A program made the position numbers and the translations under genes. From positions 1 to 33,296 of the forward strand of contig CAJMPM010000001.1 in assembly GCA_905215225.1 (NCBI GenBank): DNA of 33,296 bases. The letters run 5' to 3'. Positions 8,429-17,300 of this stretch are shown here, piece after piece (within the stretch, counting starts at the first letter, position 1; each line of letters begins with the position of its first letter). The DNA is from an uncultured bacterium. GTDB lineage: Bacteria; Actinomycetota; Coriobacteriia; Coriobacteriales; Coriobacteriaceae. The notes beneath the pieces were generated by a model that had not been told where the DNA came from, did not search any database, and was given only the letters and a program-made list of their open reading frames with translations.

Positions 8429-9511
8429 TTATCGCACGAAGTACCAGGGGCTTTCCTGCACGGTGGGCTCCAGCGCGATGCCGGTGCGCTCCTTAAACAG
8501 ATCCATGTCCTGCGATTTCTCCGTCCACCACGCGTTGGGCTTAAAGGTCATGCTCTCAACGACATGACCGACAAACACACTGTTGCGCAGCTTGGAGAAG
8601 TCGGTGTTCATGATCAGGATGGACGCGAGCACCAGCACGATGCCCAGGACCTTGATCGCGCCGGCGGGCTCGGCATAGACACCAATGCCCACCAGTACGG
8701 TGACGACCGTCTCGAAAGACATTACGACGGGAACTTTCGATGTCTCGAGCCCCATGGACAGACCCTGCATATATAAGATGTAAGCAACGGCTGTGGGGAT
8801 GAGTCCAAAGCCAAGGAACAGCAGCAGCAGCTGTGGCGACATTGCCGCGGCGACATCCGGCCACGGAGCCGCGATAGCTGCCATAACCGCACCGCCAAAA
8901 ACAAAGCCCCAAAACGTGACAGCCAGCGGGTGGACCGTCTTGGTTGCTATCCGGCTAAACACCGCGAGCGACGCACCACAAAGGCCTGCAATCACGCCCG
9001 ACGTGACGCCCCAAACCGAAAAATGGAAACCGGAAAGGTCGCCATTGGTCACTGCAAGCACGCAGCCAACGATGTTAAAGACAATGGCAACGAGCTTGTT
9101 GGGGGTCACGTCCTCGCGATAAAGCACGCGGCCGAGCACGACGCCAAACACCGGCGAGGTGTAGAGCAGCACCGAGGCCGTGGACATGCCGACCTCGCCC
9201 ATGCACTCGTAATAGCAGGTGTTGGCGGCGGCCAAACCGACGATGCCGACAAGCGCACAGGGGACGAGCTCTTTGGGGCTTGCTTTGAACAGGGCCAGCG
9301 GACCCTGAGCCACGGTAGACCCCTCACCCGGACGGCAGCCCATAAACATCAGGACCGGTGCCAAGATAAGCGCTCCGACCAACAAGCGAAAGGCAGCCAT
9401 GCTCTGGGACGAAACGCCCATGGCCGAGATGCCGTTTACAAAGATTCCGATGCTGCCCCACATAAGCGCGGCGACCAGCACCAGCACATAGCCCAGATTG
9501 CTTTTCTTCAA
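8429..9511 (-). CDS. EamA/DMT family transporter with C-terminal soluble extension
   Basis: AALMWGSIG, ASVLLYTSPVF, GLIPTAVAYILYMQGL, FETVVTVLVG; ~10 TM segments. TTG start at 9511 after GAGGGGG preferred over GTG 9547. Confidence 0.88.
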   Translation of the reverse strand: MKKSNLGYVLVLVAALMWGSIGIFVNGISAMGVSSQSMAAFRLLVGALILAPVLMFMGCRPGEGSTVAQGPLALFKASPKELVPCALVGIVGLAAANTCYYECMGEVGMSTASVLLYTSPVFGVVLGRVLYREDVTPNKLVAIVFNIVGCVLAVTNGDLSGFHFSVWGVTSGVIAGLCGASLAVFSRIATKTVHPLAVTFWGFVFGGAVMAAIAAPWPDVAAAMSPQLLLLFLGFGLIPTAVAYILYMQGLSMGLETSKVPVVMSFETVVTVLVGIGVYAEPAGAIKVLGIVLVLASILIMNTDFSKLRNSVFVGHVVESMTFKPNAWWTEKSQDMDLFKERTGIALEPTVQESPWYFVR

Positions 9512-9550
9512 CGCAGCCCCCTCGGTATTGTTTCCAATATGTTTCACACT

Positions 9551-9572
9551 ACGTTATAGTCGTTATATACAT
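9551..9572. promoter_or_regulatory. Putative tandem GntR operator upstream of the EamA gene
   Basis: ACGTTATAGTCGTTATATACAT matches the reverse complement of the 2275-2287 box (ACGTTATATACGT). Confidence 0.55.
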
Positions 9573-9623
9573 TTTTCAAGACACAAATCGGCGAGCGGAA
9601 AAATCTGCTTCCTCACATACTCA

Positions 9624-9667
9624 TTGGGGACGTTCTTAAATGACTAGCCATTTAAGAACGTCCCCAA
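9624..9667. repeat. Perfect 19-bp inverted repeat with GGGGAC/GTCCCC
   Basis: TTGGGGACGTTCTTAAATG-actagc-CATTTAAGAACGTCCCCAA. May also act as a terminator or stabiliser after SIS 2. Confidence 0.8.
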
Positions 9668-9712
9668 CGTCTAAGCCCCAACCTCATATGGGTTGCCAGG
9701 CTGCTCTATCCC

Positions 9713-10705
9713 TTAGTAATCAAGCTTCCACATGTAGCGGCGCGTCATGTAGTCCTTGTGGGTGACGGCAGAGAGCGCGCGCATATACACGTTGTTGAGG
9801 ATCGGGGCAAAGATCAGGTGGTTGAAGTACTCGCTCACGCTGTCCTTGATGTCGTTGAGGCCGAGCTCCTTGGCGTCGAGCTGATAGACGCGCTCGCCAC
9901 CGTACTGGTTGACGAAGCGGATGCCGCGCTCGTCGTTGCAGCGGCTGCGGCCGACGCTGATGAGCTGGAACAGCGAGGTGCGCTTGTCCAGGATCTCGAA
10001 GGGGCCGTGGAAGAAGTCGCAGGTGTTGATGGTGCAGGAGTCGATCTGCAGCATCTCCTGCACGTTGCAGATGCTAAAGACGTAGGCGGCACCAAAGAGC
10101 GGACCCTGAGCCATGACGTTGATGCAGGGCTTGTCGGCGTTCTGCTCGGCCCACTTAGCTGCGAGCGGACGGGTGTACTCGACGGCCTTGCGATAGATGG
10201 GGTCGACCAAGTCGAACGCGGCCATAGCGGTCTCGTACTCGGCATAGCCCTCGGTCTGCTGCGTAAGCTCCATGGCGATCATGGTCACGACGGCGGAGTT
10301 GGTACGGCCCATGCAGGACTCGTCGACGGCCAGGCTGTCATACTGGATCTTGTAGTCGCAGACCTCGGTGAGGCCGGACTCGTCAACATAGATGGCGATG
10401 GTGCTGGCGCCGTGGTCCTTGGCGACCTGGGCGGCGACGATGGTCTCTTTGGTGCCGCGCATGGACACGACAACGGCCAGGGTGTTCTCGTTGACATAGG
10501 CGGGCGTGGCGTGCACGAACTCGTTGCTGGTATAGCTGGAGCTCACGACCTGCGTGGCCTCGTGCTCCATAAAGTACTGGGCAGGATAGTTGCCGCCGTT
10601 GGATCCGCCGGCGCCAATCCACACGACGCGCTTGATGCCGCCCTTGTCTGCCTTGTCAGCCAAAACCTGGGAGACGACATCCTTAACCTGTTCCTGAGTA
10701 GTCAT
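9713..10705 (-). CDS. Second SIS-domain FrlB-like deglycase
   Basis: WIGAGGS, SNEFVH, VQEMLQI, DFFHGPFE, TRRYMWKLDY. Confidence 0.85.
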   Translation of the reverse strand: MTTQEQVKDVVSQVLADKADKGGIKRVVWIGAGGSNGGNYPAQYFMEHEATQVVSSSYTSNEFVHATPAYVNENTLAVVVSMRGTKETIVAAQVAKDHGASTIAIYVDESGLTEVCDYKIQYDSLAVDESCMGRTNSAVVTMIAMELTQQTEGYAEYETAMAAFDLVDPIYRKAVEYTRPLAAKWAEQNADKPCINVMAQGPLFGAAYVFSICNVQEMLQIDSCTINTCDFFHGPFEILDKRTSLFQLISVGRSRCNDERGIRFVNQYGGERVYQLDAKELGLNDIKDSVSEYFNHLIFAPILNNVYMRALSAVTHKDYMTRRYMWKLDY

Positions 10706-10744
10706 CGTGCATCAGCCTTTCTTCTCGTTTGATGCTCTCGATGG

Positions 10745-10900
10745 CATACAAGTTACATACATGTTTTGATTATGTCGACTAGTTGTATGCTATATTTGTC
10801 TTAGAAATTTTGCTGATGCGGTTTTTGATAATTGGCTACCAGCGGTTTTGTTGTCGTATTGAATACATGCCTGATTAGATATTCATACAAGTTAGATACA
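10745..10900. promoter_or_regulatory. Repeated operator-like boxes in the divergent SIS2/GntR2 promoter
   Basis: CATACAAGTTACATACA (10745-10761) and CATACAAGTTAGATACA (10884-10900), plus a partial inverted copy at 10773-10789. Confidence 0.65.
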
Positions 10901-10910
10901 GGTTGATCGC

Positions 10911-11633
10911 ATGAACGCTTCATCTAAAAAGAAACTGAGCCAGTACGAGCGCTTGGCGGGCATGTTGCGCGACCGCATCGCCGCCGGCACCTACGCGCGC
11001 GGAGACAAGCTGCCGTCCGAGATGGAACTCATGGACGAATCGGGGCTGTCGCGCAGCACCGTACGCCATGCCCTTAAGGTGCTCGTTGATGAGGGTCTGG
11101 TTCGAACCGAGCGCGGGCGCGGCGCCTTTGTGGCCGACACGCCGGCGCTCCACGAGAACAACCTGGTGTTTTCGAGCTATACGGCGCAGGTCCAGGGTCA
11201 GGGCATGAAGCCCACCACGCGCACGGTGGACTCGGGCTTAACCAAGGCGGGCGGCAGCATAGCCAAGTTCTTTGATGCCGCCGTGGGCAGCAAGCTCGTC
11301 AAACTTGTCCGCCTGCGCTACCTGGACGACGTGCCGCTGTGCCTGGAGACCACCTACCTGCCGCCAAGCTTCGAGACGCTCATCGATCGCGATATCAACG
11401 GTTCGCTCTACGCCACGCTGCGCCAGGAATTCCATCGCGCGCCGGCACAGGGACATAAGACCTTTGAGGTGTGCTATGCCTCGCAAAACGAGGCGTTTTT
11501 GCTCAACGTTGAGCGTGGGCAGGCGCTGATCCTGATCACCGACTACGTCTACGACACCGACGGCCGCCCGCTCCATGTCTCCAAGCGCATCCAACGCACC
11601 GACCGCGCCAAATACACCGAGCCCATCGGCTAA
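10911..11633 (+). CDS. GntR/HutC-family transcriptional regulator (wHTH + UTRA)
   Basis: GDKLPSEMEL...SRSTVRHALKVLVDEGLVRTERGRGAFV, RLRYLDDVPLCLETTYLP. Confidence 0.92.
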   Translation: MNASSKKKLSQYERLAGMLRDRIAAGTYARGDKLPSEMELMDESGLSRSTVRHALKVLVDEGLVRTERGRGAFVADTPALHENNLVFSSYTAQVQGQGMKPTTRTVDSGLTKAGGSIAKFFDAAVGSKLVKLVRLRYLDDVPLCLETTYLPPSFETLIDRDINGSLYATLRQEFHRAPAQGHKTFEVCYASQNEAFLLNVERGQALILITDYVYDTDGRPLHVSKRIQRTDRAKYTEPIG

Positions 11634-11668
11634 CCTGCCAAAATAAACCTGTCCCTAAATGGTAGGTT
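11632..11668 (-). repeat. REP-like hairpin element, copy D (between convergent genes, overlaps the GNAT stop)
   Basis: AACCTGCCAAAATAAACCTGTCCCTAAATGGTAGGTT. Confidence 0.85.
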
Positions 11669-12245
11669 TGGGGAGGTCGGGGAACCAGGTTGGTTTGGGT
11701 TGGTTAGGGACGCGCTCGGCCAAGACCAACTCCATCCAGCACATGTCGTACCAGCGGCCGAACTTTTGGGCGCAGCGGTCGAAGGCGCCCACCAGGCGAT
11801 ACCCCATATGGGCATGGAAATCCTGACTGTTATGCGTCAGATATTCGTCGTCCTTGTCGTGCGGCACGGCAATGAGCGCGCACATGTTGGTGATGCCCAT
11901 CGCGATCAGGCATTGCTTGAGCGCATCGTGCAGCTTGCGGCCCAGCCCGCCGTGGCGCACGTCGCGCGCCAGGTAGATCGATGTCTCGACCGACCAGTCG
12001 TATGCCTCGCGGCTGTTGAGCGGACTCACATAGGCATAGCCTACCGGACGCCCGTCCAGCTCAATCACCAGATACGGATAGCGCCTGAGCGTGCGCTCGA
12101 TGCGCCCGGCGAACTCCTCAACGCTCGGCACCTCGTATTCGCAGGTAATCGCCGTCTGGCGCACATACGGCTCATAGATGGCAAGCAACGCCGGCGCGTC
12201 TTCGGGCGTCGCCAGGCGAATCGTCGGCTCGGACATCTCGGTCAT
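11655..12245 (-). CDS. GNAT N-acetyltransferase, phosphinothricin/methionine-sulfoximine acetyltransferase-like
   Basis: IRLATPEDAPALLAIYEPYV, YPYLV, REAYDWSVETSIYL, GLGRKL, KFGRWYDMCWME. Confidence 0.88.
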   Translation of the reverse strand: MTEMSEPTIRLATPEDAPALLAIYEPYVRQTAITCEYEVPSVEEFAGRIERTLRRYPYLVIELDGRPVGYAYVSPLNSREAYDWSVETSIYLARDVRHGGLGRKLHDALKQCLIAMGITNMCALIAVPHDKDDEYLTHNSQDFHAHMGYRLVGAFDRCAQKFGRWYDMCWMELVLAERVPNQPKPTWFPDLPKPTI

Positions 12246-12323
12246 ACAACCCTTCTCCCCCAAAAGCAAAGGCCGCCCTGCGCCAAATCCAAGCGCAAGG
12301 CGGCCTCTCGTCATTTCATCAGG

Positions 12324-13349
12324 CTACAGGACAGCCGCCAGCGCGTCGATGTCCTTCTGCGTCGTGGCCCAGCTGGTGCAAAAGCGCACCACCGTGTGGG
12401 TCTCGTCGTACTTTTCCCAGTACTCGATCGAGGCATGCTCGCGAATGCGGGCCATGTCCTCGTTGGGCAGAATCACAAACTGCTGGTTGGTCGGCGTCTC
12501 CAAGAAGAACTGGTAGCCGCGCTCGTGCAGCACGCGACGCAGCGCCTGAGCGGTCTCAATCGCCTGGCGACCACTCTCAAAATACAGGCCATCGGTAAAA
12601 AGGGCCTCGAACTGCACACCCGTCAGGCGGCCCTTGGCCAGCAGCGCGCCGTGCTGCTTAATACGCGGAATGGGATGCGCCGGGGTGTGCATGCCGCAAA
12701 ACACCACAGCCTCGCCGCACAGAGCGCCGCACTTGGTGCCGCCGATGTAGAACACGTCGCACAGCTGCGCCAGCTCGGGCAGGGTAATGTCGCACTCATC
12801 GGCCGCCAGCGCATAGGCCAGGCGGGCGCCATCCACAAACAGCGGAATCTCGCGCTTCTGGCACACTGCATGGATCGCCGCGAGCTCGGCCTTGGAGTAC
12901 AGCGTGCCGTACTCGGTCGATAGACTCACGTACACGGCGCCCGGGAACACCGTGTGCTCGTAGCTCTCGTTTTCGTAGAACACCTGGATATAGTTCTCGA
13001 GGTCCTCGGCGTGCATCTTGCCCTCGTAGCCGGGGATGGTGAGCACCTTGTGGCCGCCAAACTCGATAGCGCCCGCCTCATGGCAGGCGACGTGGCCAGT
13101 CTCAGCAGCAACGACGCCCTCGTACGGCGCGAGCAGCATGTCGATCACCGTCGCGTTGGCCTGCGTGCCGCCCACCAGAAAAAACACGTCGGCATCGGGG
13201 GCCTGACAGGCCTCGCGGATAAGTTGCTTGGCACGCTCGGTGTGCGCATCGGTACCGTAGCCGGGCTGCGGCTCCATATTGGTGTCGACGAGCGCCTGCA
13301 GCACTGCCGGATGTGCACCGTGAGAATAGTCGTTGTTAAACGCGAGCAT
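12324..13349 (-). CDS. Low-specificity L-threonine aldolase family (PLP-dependent)
   Basis: FNNDYS.GAHP, GYGTD, GGTQAN, HEAGAIE, DGARL, IGGTKCGALCGEAVV, VRFCTSWAT. Confidence 0.88.
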   Translation of the reverse strand: MLAFNNDYSHGAHPAVLQALVDTNMEPQPGYGTDAHTERAKQLIREACQAPDADVFFLVGGTQANATVIDMLLAPYEGVVAAETGHVACHEAGAIEFGGHKVLTIPGYEGKMHAEDLENYIQVFYENESYEHTVFPGAVYVSLSTEYGTLYSKAELAAIHAVCQKREIPLFVDGARLAYALAADECDITLPELAQLCDVFYIGGTKCGALCGEAVVFCGMHTPAHPIPRIKQHGALLAKGRLTGVQFEALFTDGLYFESGRQAIETAQALRRVLHERGYQFFLETPTNQQFVILPNEDMARIREHASIEYWEKYDETHTVVRFCTSWATTQKDIDALAAVL

Positions 13350-13394
13350 GGCAATCCTCTCTAGCCGGGCACGGGCCCGATGATTCAAACGGGG

Positions 13395-14258
13395 CTATTG
13401 TACGCCGTTGGGATAGGCAATGCGCGCGGCAAGGCACTCAAGTGCCAACACCAGGGCAAAGCCGCAGCTCACGTCAGTCAAAAAGTGTGCACCGATCACG
13501 ATACGGCCAAAGGCGACGAGCGCCGCGACCACGGCCGCGACCCAAAAGACAACACGGCGTCGCGACGGCTTTTCCTTAAAGGCCGTCGCGGGAAGCCCGG
13601 CGAGCATAAGGCCGATCGCCGCATGCGCCGTGTGTCCGCTCGCAAACGACTTGAACCCGTCCTTTATCACGCCGGCGGCGATATAGGTCCACTTGTCGGG
13701 ATTGCCGATCACCCACCACGGCTGAAAATTGAGCCCCGGCGTGACCTCGATCACGCGCATGCGCGGGCGCGACCACAGTGGCTTGACGATCACGTTGAGG
13801 ATAATGGCCTGAGCGACCCACACGGCAAGTACCATCAACGCCCAGCGCGTAAGCTCGTCGGGCGCGGTGTCGCGCGTAAGGCGATAGGCAATAACGTTAA
13901 CCGCAATGACCAGCACAAACGTCAGCACCAGCTGAAACGCGATGAGCTTGCCGCCGACGCGCAGCGATCCGATAATCTCGTAGCCGACCAGACCCACGTT
14001 GATCAAAACGCCCAGCGCAGCGAGCCATTTGCTCCCCCTGGAATCGGGGCGTGCCGAGCGCACGAGCATAACGCCCGCGATGCTCGCCGTCAGCTCGAAC
14101 GGCAGCTCGCCGGCCGCCTCGACAAAGCGACCGTACATGCTGCCGATGTTGAACAGCGCGCTCGAAATCTGATAGTCGAAGAAACTGCCCACGCCCAGAC
14201 AAAGACACAGGACAACCGCGATCATGGCGGCATCTTTCTTATAGATGTATCCGAACAT
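13395..14258 (-). CDS. PAP2-family membrane phosphatase
   Basis: KPLWSRPR, KSFASGHTA and GRIVIGAHFLTDV correspond to the three PAP2 motifs. Confidence 0.88.
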   Translation of the reverse strand: MFGYIYKKDAAMIAVVLCLCLGVGSFFDYQISSALFNIGSMYGRFVEAAGELPFELTASIAGVMLVRSARPDSRGSKWLAALGVLINVGLVGYEIIGSLRVGGKLIAFQLVLTFVLVIAVNVIAYRLTRDTAPDELTRWALMVLAVWVAQAIILNVIVKPLWSRPRMRVIEVTPGLNFQPWWVIGNPDKWTYIAAGVIKDGFKSFASGHTAHAAIGLMLAGLPATAFKEKPSRRRVVFWVAAVVAALVAFGRIVIGAHFLTDVSCGFALVLALECLAARIAYPNGVQ

Positions 14259-14314
14259 GCTTTCCTTTCGATGGAACCAGAGTGCCCAAATGGGGCGTTT
14301 GCAGCGTCGACCCG

Positions 14315-17300
14315 TTAGTCGTCGTCGCTCGCACCCAACTGCTGCAACAGCATGAGTGCCGCGGCCACGGGGCCGGTACCGTCGTTGGCGTCGAGACCGC
14401 GACCCAGGCCGCTGCCCGCGCCGGCGCCCGCCTTGTAGGGCACCGACAGTTTGCGGCTCTTGGGGAAGTTCACCGCGCCATAGCGGGTCTTTAGCTCAAA
14501 GGCCACCTTCTTGGGCACGTCGCCGCCCAAAAAGGTGATGCGGCCGCCGCTGAGCGTGACGCTCTCGAGCCCCAGACGCTCGCCGCGAATGCGGATGCGC
14601 GCGCGATTGAACAGGTTGAGTCCCGCCAACGGCAGCTCGCCATGCGCGGCCTCGGTCTCTTCCTGCACCTCGTCGATGCTCTCCAGGTCCTCGGCCGCCG
14701 CGAGTTTGCGGTACACGAGCACGCGCTGGTCCACCGCCGGCAGGTACTCCTCGGACAAGAAGTAGTCGGCCGGCAGGTTAATGCCCACGCTCGCCGCCTC
14801 CACGCCGGCATCGTCATCGCCGCGCGCCTCGGCCACAGCCTGGCCCAGCATCTGCGTAAACAGGTCAAAGCCCACGCTCGACAGGTTGCCGTGCTGCTCG
14901 GCGCCCATAAGCGAGCCGGCGCCGCGAATCTCCAGGTCGCGCATGGCGATGCGCATGCCGCTGCCCAGGTCCTGGAACTCGGAAAGTGCGGTCAGGCGCG
15001 CCGTGGCCTCCTCGGTGAGCGGCAGCTCGCCCGGGAACATAAAGTACGCGTAGGCCTGCGTGGCAGAGCGGCCCACACGGCCCTTGAGCTGATAGAGCTG
15101 CGCCAGACCCAGGCGTTGCGAATCCTCGATGATCAGCGTGTTGGCGGTCGCGTTGTCGATGCCGCTCTCCACGATGGTCGTGGCGATGAGCACGTCGATC
15201 TTTTTGGTCGCGAACTCGATCATCACGTCCTCGACCTCGCGCGGGCTCATCTTGCCGTGCGCCACACCCACGCGCGCCTCGGGCGCGGCCTCGTGCACGC
15301 GCGCCACGGCGTCGTCGATGGTCTTGACGCGGTTGGACACGTAGTACACCTGGCCGCCGCGACCCACCTCCAGGCGAATCGCCGCGCTCACCACGTCGGG
15401 GTCGTACTCCCCCACGTGCACGATCACGGGACGACGCCCGGTCGGCGGTGTGGTGATTAGGCTCATGTTGCGCACGCCACTCGTGGCCATCTGCATGGTT
15501 CGCGGAATCGGCGTTGCCGAAAGCGTGAGCACGTCAATCTGCTCGCGCAGGTTCTTGAGCTGCTCCTTGTGCTGCACGCCAAAGCGTTGCTCCTCGTCGA
15601 TGATCACCAGGCCCAGGTTCTTGGGGTTCACATCGGCCGAAAGCAGACGGTGCGTGCCGATGAGCACGTCGATCGTGCCCTCGGCAAACGCCTTGAGCGC
15701 GCGCTTTTGCTGCGCCGGCGTGCGGAAGCGGCTGAGCACCTCGACCTCGAGGCCAAACGGGGCAAAGCGCTCAAAGAACGTCTCGTAGTGCTGCTGGGCA
15801 AGAATGGTCGTGGGGCAGAGCACCATGACCTGGCGGCCGGAGTCCACGCACTTAAACGCCGCGCGCAGGGCGACCTCGGTCTTGCCAAAACCCACGTCGC
15901 CGCACAGCAGGCGGTCCATGGGCTTGGGCGCCTCCATATCGGCCTTAATGTCGGCGATGGCCTCCAGCTGGTCGCGCGTCTCGTCGTAAGGAAAGCTCTC
16001 CTCCATCTCGATCTGCTCGGGCGTGTCGGGCGGGCAGGCGATACCGGTAATCGACGAACGGCGCGTATACAGATCGACCAGGTCAAACGCCAGCTTTTTG
16101 GCGTTCTTGCGCGCCTTGTTCGTGGCACGCGTCCAGTCGGCAGTGTTGAGCCTGGTCAGGCGCGGCTTGTCACCGTCGGGACCGACGTATCGCGTGATGC
16201 GGTCGACCTGCTCGCGCGGCACGTAGAGTTTGTCGCCGTCGGCATATTCCAGCAAAAAGTAGTCGCGCTCCTTGCCGCCCACTTCCTGACGCGCAATCTC
16301 GCTAAAGAGTGCGATGCCGTGAGTGGCGTGCACCACGTAGTCGCCCGGCTTAAACGGGAAGGTGATCTGCGTAATGTCCACCTTGCGGCGGCTGCGCGCG
16401 CGGTTGGCGTCCATGCGGGCGTTGAGGTCGGCGATCGAGAACACGGCCAGGTTGGCATCGGGCACCACCACGCCCTGCGGCAGGGCGGCATCGACAAAGG
16501 TCACGCGCCCGCGCGAGATGGTGGGCACGGCGGCACCGGCGGCAGCCTGGGCCGCGCCCGCCTCGAGCGAGCGGGCGTTGAGTGCGTCGGCCTTACGCTC
16601 GCGAATGGAAGCGTGGGCCTCCTGGCGTGCGGCACGGTCGGCGGAATCCGCCGCTGCCACGCGCACGCGGTCGCCGATAGCGCCGGCATTTTCGGGCGCC
16701 GCGGTCAGCGATTCCTCAAAGGTAATGCCCTCGTCGCCAAAGGTGAGCTCCATCGACTCACGCGCGCCGCGGTCGGGAATGGCAAACACGCAGGCATAGC
16801 GCTTGCCCACGACCTCCTGGATGCGCGTCATAAAACGGTTGTCCGAGCCTGCGATGGCAGGCTGCTCAATCTTGAGCTCGGCCGTCACCGCGCCGCCGGC
16901 ACGAATGAGGCTTACGTAGTTCAGGCGCTGCTGGGCACCAAAATCGAGCTGTTGAGCGCGCACGTACAGACCGTCCAGGCGGTCAATCCCCGCCTCGCCG
17001 GCACGGGCCTCGATATCCTCGTAGGCACGCAGGCAGTCGTCGAACAGCGAGCGCGGCTCGGACAAAACCACAAGCGCCTTGCCACTCACGTGTGCCAACG
17101 GGCTCACGGTCTGGCCGTACATCACCGGCAAAAAGCGGTCGAGCTCGGGCGTGACGATGCGCGCATCCACCATCTCGAGCAGCGCCGCCAGCTTGCTATC
17201 GTCCTGGCTGGCGCGGTAGAGCGCCACGTGCATGTTGTGGACCGCCTCATCGGTAAGCGCCAGCTCACGGCAGGGGAAGATCTCGATACTGTCCTCGTTG

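Noticed and set aside
11655..12245. GNAT as an antibiotic-resistance gene or toxin
   Set aside because: Motifs match the widespread Pat/MddA-like housekeeping family. No antitoxin or mobile-element context apart from the small repeat.
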